64,000 nt of DNA from an uncultured Bacteroidales bacterium (GTDB lineage Bacteria; Bacteroidota; Bacteroidia; Bacteroidales; WCHB1-69), in the NCBI GenBank assembly GCA_900317715.1, contig ONHS01000001.1, positions 18,316 through 82,315 on the forward strand. The letters are read 5' to 3'. The notes beneath the pieces were generated by a model. It saw nothing but the letters and a program-made list of their open reading frames with translations. It had not been told where the DNA came from and ran no database searches. Positions 14,983 to 24,741 of this stretch are shown one piece after another (within the stretch, counting starts at the first letter, position 1; the number at the start of each line of letters is the position of its first letter). A program made the translations under genes and the position numbers.

Positions 14983-17037
14983 GTGTCGCATAAAATCAAT
15001 AAGCAGACTTTTGCAAAACGTGAACTTCTGAAGATATTTGTTGCCATCTCCGTGTTGTTGGTGTGCAGTGTTATTTACTATTTCTACATCAGGCAAGATG
15101 CTTTGCACTCGGCAGAGAAACGGGCGGAGGCCACCTTGAAGGGAACAGAAAAAATGATTCTCATCCGCATGGGGAAAATCGAAACTACTGTGAATGCTAT
15201 GCGACCAATGGCAGAATACGCCATTGACGATCCCGATGCGATGTACGAAATTGCGCAACACATTACAGAGTCAAGTTCGCGTGTCATGGGTACGTGTCTT
15301 GCTTTCATAGAGAACTACTTTCCTGGAAAAGGATACTGGTTTGAACCCTATTATGGATATCAGGAAGGATCTGACACATTGATCTCCAAACAATTGGGTT
15401 GCAAGGAGCACGATTACTTCCAAATGGATTGGTTCAAGCAAGGCTTGGTTTCGCCAAACGGTTTTTGGTGTGATCCTTATTATGACAACGCCGGGGGAAA
15501 AACGAGCATGATCTCCTACACTATCCCCATTCGTGACACTATGGGCCAAGTAGTGGGGGTAATCAGTGCTGATATCTCCCTCGACACACTCGCCAGTATT
15601 ATCAAAAGTGTCAATATTTATCCAAATAGTTTCTGCACCTTGGTATCTACAGACGGGAAAGTGCTGGTGGGACCCAAAGCTCATAAAAAAAAGGGCAAAT
15701 TTCATGTCTTCTCAAAGCAGATTGAAGATAAAAACATGATACTCGCACTGACGATTTACGACTCAGACATGTACAAGCGGTTACGGACGTCCAGTCTTTT
15801 TTTCTTACTCATGGCGTTCTCAGGCATTTTCGCGGTTCTCTTTATCTCTTACCAATCCTTGCAGAACCTTTGGAAGCTCAATGAAGTGCGAATGAAGGAG
15901 CAACATATCGAAGACGAACTCGCGATCGCCCGTAAAATCCAGCAATCATTACTTCCGTCAGATTTAACAAACAAGAACGCTAAAATAATAGACATCAAAG
16001 GTTTGCAAATGCCAGCCAAGTATGTTGGCGGCGACCTGTTCGACTACTATGTGCGTGATAACAAGTTGCTGTTCTGCATCGGGGATGTGTCCGGAAAAGG
16101 TGTTCCCGCCGCGCTTCTGATGGCAATTTCCCACAGTCTGTTCCGCACGCTGTCGGCACAAGACGACCGTCCTGAACACATCATGACGGCTCTTAACAAT
16201 GCCATCAGCGACAACAACCCCGACATCATGTTCATCACTCTGTTTTTGGGAGTCATGGACTTGGATACGGGAACGGTGAGCTATTGTAACGCTGGGCACA
16301 ACCCTCCGATTATCGTCCGGAGCGGTCGCGCGGAATATTTGGACACGGAACCTTCTCTGATTTTGGGCGTGGAACTTTCTGCGGAATATACCGTAAAAGA
16401 GTTGACATTGGCTTCAGGTGATGCGTTGTTCCTTTACACCGACGGCCTGACGGAGGCTGAAAACGCGGAAAAAGAAGTTTTCGGAGAGGGTCGGGCGTTG
16501 GAAGCCGCCGCTACTTTCGGCACCCAAACGGCTGAGCAGCAGATAGAGCAAATGCACCAGGCGGTGCGTGTATTCGTCAATCATGCCGAACAGAGCGATG
16601 ATCTCACCATGCTCTCCATCCGCTATGTTCATGCCGACAACACACTCGTTATGGAAAACCGCATCGAGGAGCTCGACAAACTAGAGCCTTTTTTGAGCCG
16701 TTTCTTTGAGCAGGAAAGCGTGGATATGTCGCTGTTGCCGCAACTCGACCTCGCATTGGAGGAGGCGGTCACCAACGTCATCATGTACGCCTATCCCGAA
16801 GGCGAAAAGGGCACAACGGAACTCACATTAGATATGGTGGATGGTCGTATTCATGCGACCCTCTGCGACTCTGGTCTGCCGTTCGACCCTCTGCAGCGTC
16901 CGGAGGTCAATCTTGATGTTTCATTGGAAGAACGGCAAATCGGCGGTCTCGGCATCCACCTTATCAAAGAGATTATGAGCGAGGTCAGCTATGAATATAA
17001 AGACGGCAAGAATGTGTTGAAAATGACGTATTGCTAA
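14983..17037 (+). CDS. sensor Ser/Thr phosphatase, 684 aa: TM - Cache-like periplasmic domain - TM - PP2C/SpoIIE domain - C-terminal RsbW-like HATPase domain
   Basis: Two TM segments flank a ~230-aa extracytoplasmic region. SpoIIE/PP2C motifs are GGDLFDY, CIGDVSGKGVPAALLM, LYTDGLTEA and SDDLTML. The C-terminal LEEAVTNVIMYAY...GGLGIHLI resembles an anti-sigma kinase ATP-binding domain. Only a GTG start precedes the first TM. Confidence 0.85.
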   Translation: MSHKINKQTFAKRELLKIFVAISVLLVCSVIYYFYIRQDALHSAEKRAEATLKGTEKMILIRMGKIETTVNAMRPMAEYAIDDPDAMYEIAQHITESSSRVMGTCLAFIENYFPGKGYWFEPYYGYQEGSDTLISKQLGCKEHDYFQMDWFKQGLVSPNGFWCDPYYDNAGGKTSMISYTIPIRDTMGQVVGVISADISLDTLASIIKSVNIYPNSFCTLVSTDGKVLVGPKAHKKKGKFHVFSKQIEDKNMILALTIYDSDMYKRLRTSSLFFLLMAFSGIFAVLFISYQSLQNLWKLNEVRMKEQHIEDELAIARKIQQSLLPSDLTNKNAKIIDIKGLQMPAKYVGGDLFDYYVRDNKLLFCIGDVSGKGVPAALLMAISHSLFRTLSAQDDRPEHIMTALNNAISDNNPDIMFITLFLGVMDLDTGTVSYCNAGHNPPIIVRSGRAEYLDTEPSLILGVELSAEYTVKELTLASGDALFLYTDGLTEAENAEKEVFGEGRALEAAATFGTQTAEQQIEQMHQAVRVFVNHAEQSDDLTMLSIRYVHADNTLVMENRIEELDKLEPFLSRFFEQESVDMSLLPQLDLALEEAVTNVIMYAYPEGEKGTTELTLDMVDGRIHATLCDSGLPFDPLQRPEVNLDVSLEERQIGGLGIHLIKEIMSEVSYEYKDGKNVLKMTYC

Positions 17038-17048
17038 CCCCGCAATCG

Positions 17049-17769
17049 TCACGCGCACACGGGCTCGGGGCGCAGCGTGGCACAGCGGTTGATGATGTCG
17101 TTGGCGCGTGCGAAACCGGCATCGCACACATTTCTCTCTTTAGCGCCGTCATAGCCCATAAACAAGTGCATGGTTTCGTAGCCGGCATTTATGAAGTTCA
17201 ACAGTGTGCGGTCGCGTTTGCCGGCTGCTTCTCTGTATTTCTCAATTGAGGGTCTGCTCACTGGAATAAGCCATCGCGCCCGCGACGGGAGTGCGCAAGT
17301 TCTGCTTGGTCCAGCAGTGACCGGAAACTCCCAACACCTCATAAGAGATGTTCGCCTGGTCGCCCAAATGATGCGGACAGACAATCAGGAAGAGCTTCCG
17401 AAGCAAATCGTAATTGTAGATGCCACCGTTCACGAGGTAAATATACTCCACATGTGATTTCGTTTGAGGTCCGAGGACAAAATCGTGATCGGCTTGCGGC
17501 GGGTTGTTTTCCAGATAAGGTGCATTATAGGTAACCACGTCATACACGGAGTCAACCATTAACTGCGCCTGCTCCACGCCAAGGGAGAGCTCATAGTTGC
17601 CGGTTGCAAAACGTTCGGCAAACGGTTGCCCCATGACGGCTGAAAGATGGCCGTCCGCCGTGGTGACGCCTGAGGAAAACAGTGTGCGTACGGTCTGCGG
17701 CTGCGCACACAAAGTAGCCGCAGACATACCGCACAATAATAAAAAAGTAACAATAAAAAAGCGTTTCAT
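17049..17769 (-). pseudogene. probable frameshifted/truncated secreted protein with degenerate Fibrobacter-paralogous (FISH)-like domain
   Basis: ORF 17242-17769 has a signal peptide and ends ...GHCWTKQNLR...SSEQTLN*. The adjacent frame (17049-17384) continues with protein-like sequence (LLNF, VCDAGF) that loosely matches the next FISH-domain motifs. Confidence 0.35.
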
Positions 17770-17922
17770 AAAGGTATATAAATATAAATCTTCTTTACGA
17801 TTTTTTTGAAAAATATCAACAGCGTTTTGTATGAGATGTTGAAAAACAAGGGGATGTTCTTTTTTTCTCTTTTAATGGTCAAATTTATTAAACATATTCT
17901 ATGCTTTTCGAATAAAAAATTG

Positions 17923-17930
17923 TATCTTTG
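17923..17930 (+). promoter_or_regulatory. -7 box TATCTTTG upstream of the STAS gene
   Basis: Matches TAnnTTTG, which implies a ~110-nt leader. Confidence 0.55.
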
Positions 17931-17954
17931 CAGCTTAAAAAAATCTGTAGAGAA

Positions 17955-17992
17955 TGGGGCGATGAGGGGGCGATGAATTGATGAAAGATGAT
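17955..17992. repeat. decamer-family (G) repeat remnant ggggcgatgagggggcgatgaattgatgaaagatgat
   Basis: Reverse complement of the ttcatcgcc units seen at 33475-33558. Confidence 0.55.
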
Positions 17993-18048
17993 AATATTAA
18001 TATAATATAGGTGAAAGTTGACAATATTAATACAAAACCCCAAAGAAT

Positions 18049-18351
18049 ATGGACATTACAATTACAGAAGCAGGCAATCAAATCAATGCCACATTTGACG
18101 GGAGATTAGACACCGTTGCTGCACAGCAGATTTCTGAGACCATCACCCCGCTGCTTGAACATGCGGATCAAACCATCGTTCTCGATTGTGAGAAAATGCC
18201 GTTTATCAGCAGTTCAGGACTTCGTATCTTTTTGAAAATCAGAAAGGAAGTGGAAGCGAAGGGCGGCAAAATGCTGTTGAAGAATATCTGTCCCGATGTG
18301 ATGCAGGTCTTCAAGATGACCAAATTAGATGGTGTTTTTGAAATCCAGTAA
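18049..18351 (+). CDS. STAS-domain anti-sigma-factor antagonist, 100 aa
   Basis: Small protein with FISSSGLRIFL (conserved phosphorylatable Ser context) and the typical SpoIIAA/RsbV length. Confidence 0.85.
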   Translation: MDITITEAGNQINATFDGRLDTVAAQQISETITPLLEHADQTIVLDCEKMPFISSSGLRIFLKIRKEVEAKGGKMLLKNICPDVMQVFKMTKLDGVFEIQ

Positions 18352-18353
18352 CA

Positions 18354-19703
18354 ATGCATAAGTTTCATTTTAACGCTGCACGGTGGTTATTCCTGTTAGC
18401 CGCCGTGTGTGCGTATTCCGGATTATTGGCACAGGTGGCGGACAATGAATTCACGATTGACGCCAAATTGAACACCCGTGGAGAGATTCGCGTGGGTGGA
18501 TATGACGACGCGGATGGCGAAGGACAGGAAGGAAGAGCCCATTTTATCATGGGGCAGTATCGGCTCAACCTCGGATACAAGCGGTCCGACTGGTTGGAGA
18601 TACGTCTCTCACCGCAGTTCTCCGGCGTATGGGGACAGGCGGGCGGCACTTTGAATCTCTCTGAAGGCTGGCTCACGATGAAACACAACAAGACCGGTCT
18701 TTTCACCAAAATAGGTCGTCAAACTCTTGAATACGACGACGAGCGTATCTTGGGTTACGATGACTGGACCATGACCGCGCCCACCCACGACGCCATCAAA
18801 CTAGGTTTCGAGGGTTACGGTCACAAAGTGCATCTGATCCTCGCCTACAACCAAAATGCAGAAAACATTTCCTCCGGTATCACCTACTATTCCGATGGAA
18901 TACAGCCCTACAAGACCATGCAGACCCTTTGGTACCACTACAACACTCCGAAAAACTTCTTCGGCATCTCCTTGCTCGGCATGAATATCGGAGTGCAAAG
19001 CAAGAAATATGATGAGCCTAACAAAACTTTCTTCCAACAAATTTTCGGCACATACCTGAACTTGAACCCCAGCATTGTCAATGTGGAAGGCTCCTTCTAC
19101 TACCAAATGGGCAGAGAGGAACACGGAATCAAGCTGAACGCCTTCATGGGAAGCGCTAAGGCCACCGTCACCCCCAATGACATCTACAACCTTTACACTG
19201 GTTATGATTACCTGAGCGGTGACAATTACCCCGTCACGACAAATGGCAATTTGGGCCTTATTTTCCATAAAGAGGCGCGGGCATTCACCCCCTTGTTCGG
19301 TTCTCACCACGATTTTTACGGTGCCATGGAATTTTTCTATTTTGACAACTATGCGCACAACTTCTCCCCCGGTTTGCAAAACCTCTATGTCGGTGGCAAC
19401 GTCAGCCCCGTCCCGGGATTGACCATCAACGCCGCCTACCACTTCTACGCCATCGCCGCCGACCTTCAATACGCTCAAAAAGAATTGAACAAAGCATTGG
19501 GCCATGATGTTGACCTCGGCGTGTCCTACTCTTTCGCGAATTTTGTCAAACTGTCGGCAGGCTACTCCTACATGCGCGGCACCGAGACGATGGAAATCCT
19601 CCAAAACACCACCGACAAGCGCCGTCTGCATTGGGGCTGGTTGATGCTGACCGTCACCCCGACTTTCTTCACCACCACGTGGAATGATAAGAAGAAGGTT
19701 TAA
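18354..19703 (+). CDS. outer-membrane beta-barrel protein (porin-like, possibly alginate-export family), 449 aa
   Basis: Signal peptide LFLLAAVCAYSGLLAQ, alternating amphipathic strands rich in Y/G, and a C-terminal aromatic-rich strand. The family name is tentative. Confidence 0.6.
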   Translation: MHKFHFNAARWLFLLAAVCAYSGLLAQVADNEFTIDAKLNTRGEIRVGGYDDADGEGQEGRAHFIMGQYRLNLGYKRSDWLEIRLSPQFSGVWGQAGGTLNLSEGWLTMKHNKTGLFTKIGRQTLEYDDERILGYDDWTMTAPTHDAIKLGFEGYGHKVHLILAYNQNAENISSGITYYSDGIQPYKTMQTLWYHYNTPKNFFGISLLGMNIGVQSKKYDEPNKTFFQQIFGTYLNLNPSIVNVEGSFYYQMGREEHGIKLNAFMGSAKATVTPNDIYNLYTGYDYLSGDNYPVTTNGNLGLIFHKEARAFTPLFGSHHDFYGAMEFFYFDNYAHNFSPGLQNLYVGGNVSPVPGLTINAAYHFYAIAADLQYAQKELNKALGHDVDLGVSYSFANFVKLSAGYSYMRGTETMEILQNTTDKRRLHWGWLMLTVTPTFFTTTWNDKKKV

Positions 19704-19792
19704 GGTTGAGGGTTTAAGGTTGAGGGTTTAAGGTTGAGGGTTTAAGGTTGAGGGTTTAAGGTTTAAGGTTTAAGGTTGAGGGTTTAAGGTTT
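19697..19792. repeat. heptamer STR block R4 (ggtttaa/ggttgag 14-nt double units)
   Basis: Begins inside the last codons (aag gtt taa) of the porin gene and runs ~95 nt. Confidence 0.9.
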
Positions 19793-19884
19793 CAAATTTC
19801 ACGGATTTGGAGGCTGAGAAGAAAAAATTCATCGAACCTTTCCAACTGCATGGTGGCAGGCTGTTTCATACCAAAGTGATGCGT

Positions 19885-19910
19885 GCGCGGCGTACCGCGT
19901 CTTTTTTTTT
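19885..19910 (+). terminator. rho-independent terminator of the STAS-porin unit
   Basis: gcgcgg cgta ccgcgt hairpin followed by c + T9. Confidence 0.65.
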
Positions 19911-20067
19911 GTTAAAAACTTTTTTTATGAAAATAGGGGAAAAAGTGTATTTTGGCAACTGCTTCTTTGACAAGAAGCTTATTCAATATTAACAATTAAA
20001 AATACTGGAAAAAGGTGAAAAAAATATTTTGTAAATCTAAGAAATAAACGCTTGTCAGATACAAAAA

Positions 20068-20105
20068 ATACCGCTTCATTCGAAAATGAAGCGGTATTTT
20101 TTTTG
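20068..20105 (-). terminator. bidirectional rho-independent terminator after the 1507-aa gene
   Basis: 13-bp perfect stem ataccgcttcatt / aatgaagcggtat with a 4-nt loop. It is flanked by an A-run and a T-run. Confidence 0.85.
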
Positions 20106-20128
20106 TACAAAAAGGTAAGCTCACCGGA

Positions 20129-23100
20129 TTATTTCCGGATGATGGGCATGGAGACCACGCCGTTGGCGGTGAACACCTTCGCGAAGTAGGTGCCCGTGGC
20201 GAGTGCGCTCACGGAAACTTCTGTACGGCTGTCGTTCACGGTCACCGTGTTCATCAACTGTCCGTAAATGTTGAACAACTCCACTTTCTCAATCATGAGA
20301 TTTTCGTCTTTTGCACTGATAGTGACGTTGTTGACGGCAGGATTCGGATAGACGATGAGGTTGTCGCGCAGCTCGTATTGGTTGATACCCACAGGATCGT
20401 AGTCATACATGGCAATGGCACTGTTGTTCATGCCCTCTTTCATGGCGATGGCCTTGACGAGGTAGTGAACGTTCAAATGGAACGGAACGCCAGAAGTATA
20501 TTCATAGCTGCTCTCATCAGGATCTGTGCCGTCAATAGAGTAGTAGATGGAAGCACCTTCCGTTTCGCAAGTAATGGTCATGCGGTAGAATTCGCCGTCA
20601 CGTTGCATGTGGATGACAGGCGTAGCAACAGTTTCTAACGTGCTGATAATAATGTCGTTGTTGTCGCGAGGATAAATCTGATAACCATAAGAGGTTGAAT
20701 AGCTGACAAAACCAATGACATCAGCGTGGTCGCCGGCAGAAATCTCCAAATCAACCGTGTTGAAACGGTCGCGGATGGACATGGTGTCACCGTTTTGCAC
20801 AAAGGTCTCAGCATCAATGAATTCCACATCATTCAGGCGCACTAACTTGGATTCATAAACTGTAGCATAATCGTTGATGACGTTGGAAACGGTAGCAACG
20901 GTAGGCATGACCGTCACTGGCGTACCCGTGGCTGCGTTGGCGTTGTGAGACGGGATCAGTTCCACCATGCCGTTGTAAAGTTGGTAGCTGCCGAAGATGC
21001 CTCCCTCAATGACATCGCCCTCGTTGTAAGTGGTGGTGATGACCCCGGCGTTGTCGTAAATCAGCAATGCGGCGGAGTTGTCCTCCACAAACATATAGTG
21101 TTCGCTACGGAAAACAAAGGTGACATCGCTCATAATCTGTTGTGCGCTGTTGGAGGCATTGGTCTTGAATGCGGCAATGTTGGCCACTTGCTCGGGGAAG
21201 GAGATGGTGGCGCTGGACACGAAGCTCGGGGTCATACCCGTCTTCCACGCTTTGGCCTTGATGGTCGTCGTATTGCTCACTGTGAACGGTGCACTGTAAA
21301 TCGTTGAATTCTCGGTAGGTACGCTGCCATCGGTGGTATAGCGGATCACAGCATCGGCATCGTCACAGGAGATGCTCACTGTCTGCGGCTCGTAATAGAT
21401 TCCTTCGTTCGGGGTAATCACCGGAGCACTGACGGTCGTGGGTGTGATACCCAGAATACCATAGACCACCACGCTGTCGATCACCACACGGGAATTAGCC
21501 GTCGGAATGGGGTCTGGAACCACAATCGTGAATTTCAGACGGACATAGTCGTAAGCGCCGGCCTCATCTACCACATAGTCGAAGTTCTGTGCCACAGAAG
21601 ACAAAGCGAACGTCTCGCCGGCAGAATAGGTGCTGCCACCGTCAACGGAGTGTGAAACCTTGACGTTCAAACCGTTAGAATTAGTGGCTGTAAACGTGAC
21701 ATGCGTCACATTGCGCAGGTCGAAGTTGCTATAGGTATAACCGATATTGTCTGGGTTAGCTTTGTACCAACGCATCTGCATAGATTGCGCATCGACGATA
21801 GCATTGTTGGTGGACGGTGTGCCGTAGTAGGTGCCCCATTGCATGTTGTCCGGACCGGTGAATGCAACCGTTGTATTATTGTAAACCGTGGAGGCAACAA
21901 AGCCTTCTTCAGCCTCAAAACCAACCGTATAGATGACAGTGTCGAGAGGTTGAGGTGCCGGCGGTTCATTGATGATGTAAGTACCCGTCGTTATCTCACT
22001 GTTTTCCCAATCTGCTTTCACGGCGATAGCCTTCACTGTGTAAGTTCCGGGGATGTTGAGGGCGACAGGCATGGTGTAAGCGGCTGATGCAGCGGTGGGT
22101 TCGGTGCCGTCGGTCGTGTAGTGGATGGTGGCACCGGCCACGGAGCAGCTCATGGTCACCGTGACAAGTGTGTCCTCGCCGTTAGCAGGATCCAAAACCG
22201 GTGCGGGCAGTTGCGCAGTGGCAGTCAACTGAACGATTTCATCGATCGTTCCTACAAGAACATGCAGAGATGCTGTCGTAGGCTCAGTACCGTCGAAAGT
22301 GACCGTGACCACGGTGTTGGTGTTGGTCGGGACTGTTTCAGGGCTGACAGTGAAATGCGTGTTGGTATTAGAGAGGGTAATGGTGGGATCGGAGAAGTTG
22401 GCACTGCTGACGGTGAACTGTTGCGTCAGTTGGGTGCTGGTGAAGTTCAATGCGTTCGTGCTGACGGACAAAATCGGTTCGGAAGAGACCGTATAGACTG
22501 CCGTAGCGGTTTCGCTTGCGAACCAGTCTGTCTTGAACGCTTTTGCTATTACGGTCGTGGTGGTGGTCAATGTGACAGGTGCCGTGTAGAGTGTGGAATT
22601 CTCAGTCGGATTGGAGCCGTCAAGGGTGTAACGGATTTCCGCACCTTCGGTCGCACAAGCAATGCTGAATGCAACACTGTCGGCGTAAGCACCTGAAGCG
22701 GGGGTGAATACGGGTGTCGCCACGGTCGGGGCGGTGATGGTCACCTCCAAAGTGCTCACGTTGCTGTTCTGATAGTACGGTTTCACCGCGATAGCCTTGA
22801 TAGTGCTGGTGGTCGTGACATTGAACGGGGCGGTGTAGAGTGTGGAAGCGTCTGTGGGCTCGGTACCGTCTGTGGTGTAATAGATGCTTGCGTCTTCATC
22901 GGCGGTGATGGTCACTTCGGCATTGAAGTAGAAAGTGTTGTCGCCTTCGGCTTCGGAACCGGCAGCGGTGATAGTGGGTGCACTCTGTTCAGGCGCCACA
23001 ACGGTGAAAGCTGCACTCACACTCACTGCGGGAGAAAGTGCGTTGGAGTCCATGTCCACCAAGGAAGCGGTGAAAGTATATTCACCGGCAGGCATCGGTG

Positions 23101-24652
23101 AGAGCGGGAAAAGCGGAATGATGTTCATTAAACTCTGATTCAGATACATGACCTCCACTCCAGGTATGAAAGCAGAGAGGAAATTGGATTCGACTTTCAG
23201 GTAGCCATCCGTGTCCAATGTGAAGTTTTGGATGTCAATGCCAATGTGAAGGGTGTCTAAAGTGCTGTAAACGGCACCGCTTGCGGGCTCATTGATAGTG
23301 AGGGAAGGAGTGAGCACCGGGGCTTGCGTCGTCAAATCCTGATTGTTTCGAGGATAAATCTGGATAGTTCCATCATGGATAGCCACAAATCCCGTGAGAT
23401 TCAAAGTTGAACCAGCAGCGATGGTTGTGTCAATGCTAAAACGGTTGAATAATTTAACCGAATCATTACCTTGGAAAACAAACACCTCAGAACCGGAAAA
23501 ACCGTACGGGAAAGTGACATTTTCAAATGTGACCAATTGCGCATCGTAAGCAGCATAGTTGTTTATCAGTTGGCTAAAGGTCAAAAGCGTAGGAACAACC
23601 GTACCGGTGTTAGGTGCTTGAGAAGCCTCGTACACAATGTTCTGCATCTCAACCTGATCATGGTACACTGATTTCGTTCCCATCAAGTTGGCAATTTGGT
23701 CGCCCTCTACAAAAGCATTAGGGATATTGGAATTGCCATACAGAAGAAGGCTAGCAGAAGCGTCTTTTACATAGGTGTATCCGCCGGAGCCAAACACGAA
23801 GGTCACATCATTATCAATCATATAAGAAGTTGATCCATTGGGTAACGCTTTGAATGCTGCCAAGTTAGCCACCGTCTCAGGAAATGTGTAGGTGGCGGAA
23901 GTGATCAAACTGTTGGCATGGCCGTTCGCCGTAGCCATAGCCTTCACTGTGGTATTCTGACTGATAGAGATGGGCGAAGTGTAGAGGGTGGAAGAAGTAG
24001 TGGGCGTAGTGCCATCCAGTGTGTAGTAGATGGAAGCATTATCGGTAGAGGAAGAGATCTCTACGTTAATAGGGGAGGTATAGAGTCCTGCGGCGGGAGA
24101 AAAAGTAGGTTGCGCCGTGGAAGGCAGACCACCTGCCTGTGTGATCGTTACATTGTCCAAAAAGAAGCGGCCTCTTGAGGCTTGTTTGCCTTCAAATCTG
24201 ATATGAGAAGAACTCGTACCGCCGCTCAATGGTAAAGTGAAATGATTGTAACTGCCGTAGCTACCATCGTTTTGAAGTCCAGAGACCGGATAACTTGTAT
24301 CGTCTAAGTAAACAATAAAGGTAGTGGAATCGTGATACCAAGCTTCAGCATCAAATTCCAAAATAAAGTTGCCACCGTCGCCAGACAGATCAATGTTAGG
24401 AGTCTGGATCCAGCCTTTAGTAGTACTTGTACCAATCCTAACTTTTCCATAGCAAGCAAAAACTTTATTGCCTGTCCAACCAGGTTGTTGTGTAAAATTA
24501 TCCAACGAGGTTTGAATGGCTTGGTTAGTTGAAGAATCTGCGAATCCAGAAAAATCTTCACTAAAAACAATGGTTTGTGCGTTCACGCCAATAATACAGT
24601 AGAAGAGCATCATCAGCACGAAGCAACTTTTCATAAGTAAATTCTTTTTCAT
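20129..24652 (-). CDS. T9SS-secreted multidomain surface protein, 1507 aa
   Basis: Signal peptide; six copies of a (I/V)(Y/R)YT.DG..P......Y..P module (chitobiase/hexosaminidase C-terminal-like); two copies of a ~190-aa VAN(L/I)AAFK...IYPR(N/D)N module. C-terminal sorting domain VYPNPA...GTYFAKVFT...MPIIRK. Confidence 0.85.
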   Translation of the reverse strand: MKKNLLMKSCFVLMMLFYCIIGVNAQTIVFSEDFSGFADSSTNQAIQTSLDNFTQQPGWTGNKVFACYGKVRIGTSTTKGWIQTPNIDLSGDGGNFILEFDAEAWYHDSTTFIVYLDDTSYPVSGLQNDGSYGSYNHFTLPLSGGTSSSHIRFEGKQASRGRFFLDNVTITQAGGLPSTAQPTFSPAAGLYTSPINVEISSSTDNASIYYTLDGTTPTTSSTLYTSPISISQNTTVKAMATANGHANSLITSATYTFPETVANLAAFKALPNGSTSYMIDNDVTFVFGSGGYTYVKDASASLLLYGNSNIPNAFVEGDQIANLMGTKSVYHDQVEMQNIVYEASQAPNTGTVVPTLLTFSQLINNYAAYDAQLVTFENVTFPYGFSGSEVFVFQGNDSVKLFNRFSIDTTIAAGSTLNLTGFVAIHDGTIQIYPRNNQDLTTQAPVLTPSLTINEPASGAVYSTLDTLHIGIDIQNFTLDTDGYLKVESNFLSAFIPGVEVMYLNQSLMNIIPLFPLSPMPAGEYTFTASLVDMDSNALSPAVSVSAAFTVVAPEQSAPTITAAGSEAEGDNTFYFNAEVTITADEDASIYYTTDGTEPTDASTLYTAPFNVTTTSTIKAIAVKPYYQNSNVSTLEVTITAPTVATPVFTPASGAYADSVAFSIACATEGAEIRYTLDGSNPTENSTLYTAPVTLTTTTTVIAKAFKTDWFASETATAVYTVSSEPILSVSTNALNFTSTQLTQQFTVSSANFSDPTITLSNTNTHFTVSPETVPTNTNTVVTVTFDGTEPTTASLHVLVGTIDEIVQLTATAQLPAPVLDPANGEDTLVTVTMSCSVAGATIHYTTDGTEPTAASAAYTMPVALNIPGTYTVKAIAVKADWENSEITTGTYIINEPPAPQPLDTVIYTVGFEAEEGFVASTVYNNTTVAFTGPDNMQWGTYYGTPSTNNAIVDAQSMQMRWYKANPDNIGYTYSNFDLRNVTHVTFTATNSNGLNVKVSHSVDGGSTYSAGETFALSSVAQNFDYVVDEAGAYDYVRLKFTIVVPDPIPTANSRVVIDSVVVYGILGITPTTVSAPVITPNEGIYYEPQTVSISCDDADAVIRYTTDGSVPTENSTIYSAPFTVSNTTTIKAKAWKTGMTPSFVSSATISFPEQVANIAAFKTNASNSAQQIMSDVTFVFRSEHYMFVEDNSAALLIYDNAGVITTTYNEGDVIEGGIFGSYQLYNGMVELIPSHNANAATGTPVTVMPTVATVSNVINDYATVYESKLVRLNDVEFIDAETFVQNGDTMSIRDRFNTVDLEISAGDHADVIGFVSYSTSYGYQIYPRDNNDIIISTLETVATPVIHMQRDGEFYRMTITCETEGASIYYSIDGTDPDESSYEYTSGVPFHLNVHYLVKAIAMKEGMNNSAIAMYDYDPVGINQYELRDNLIVYPNPAVNNVTISAKDENLMIEKVELFNIYGQLMNTVTVNDSRTEVSVSALATGTYFAKVFTANGVVSMPIIRK

Positions 24653-24719
24653 ATTTTTGATTTTTAATTATTTGAATTTCAGATATTTATTGTTTCTTAA
24701 AAGATGTACTTTGAAAGTG

Positions 24720-24727
24720 CAAAGATA
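24720..24727 (-). promoter_or_regulatory. -7 box TATCTTTG for the 1507-aa gene
   Basis: Plus strand reads CAAAGATA, 68 nt upstream of ATG 24652 and downstream of STR block R5. Confidence 0.55.
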
Positions 24728-24741
24728 CATTTTTTATATTT

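Noticed and set aside
17031-17457. Plus-strand ORFs 17031-17249 and 17191-17457 downstream of the phosphatase gene.
   Set aside because: They have no motifs and overlap each other. They lie opposite the minus-strand reading frames, which show a signal peptide and domain-like sequence.
19807-19992. 61-aa ORF between the porin gene and the convergent 1507-aa gene.
   Set aside because: It spans a rho-independent terminator (19885-19910) and T-runs, has no promoter box, and its composition is dominated by poly-T-derived Phe/Leu/Lys.
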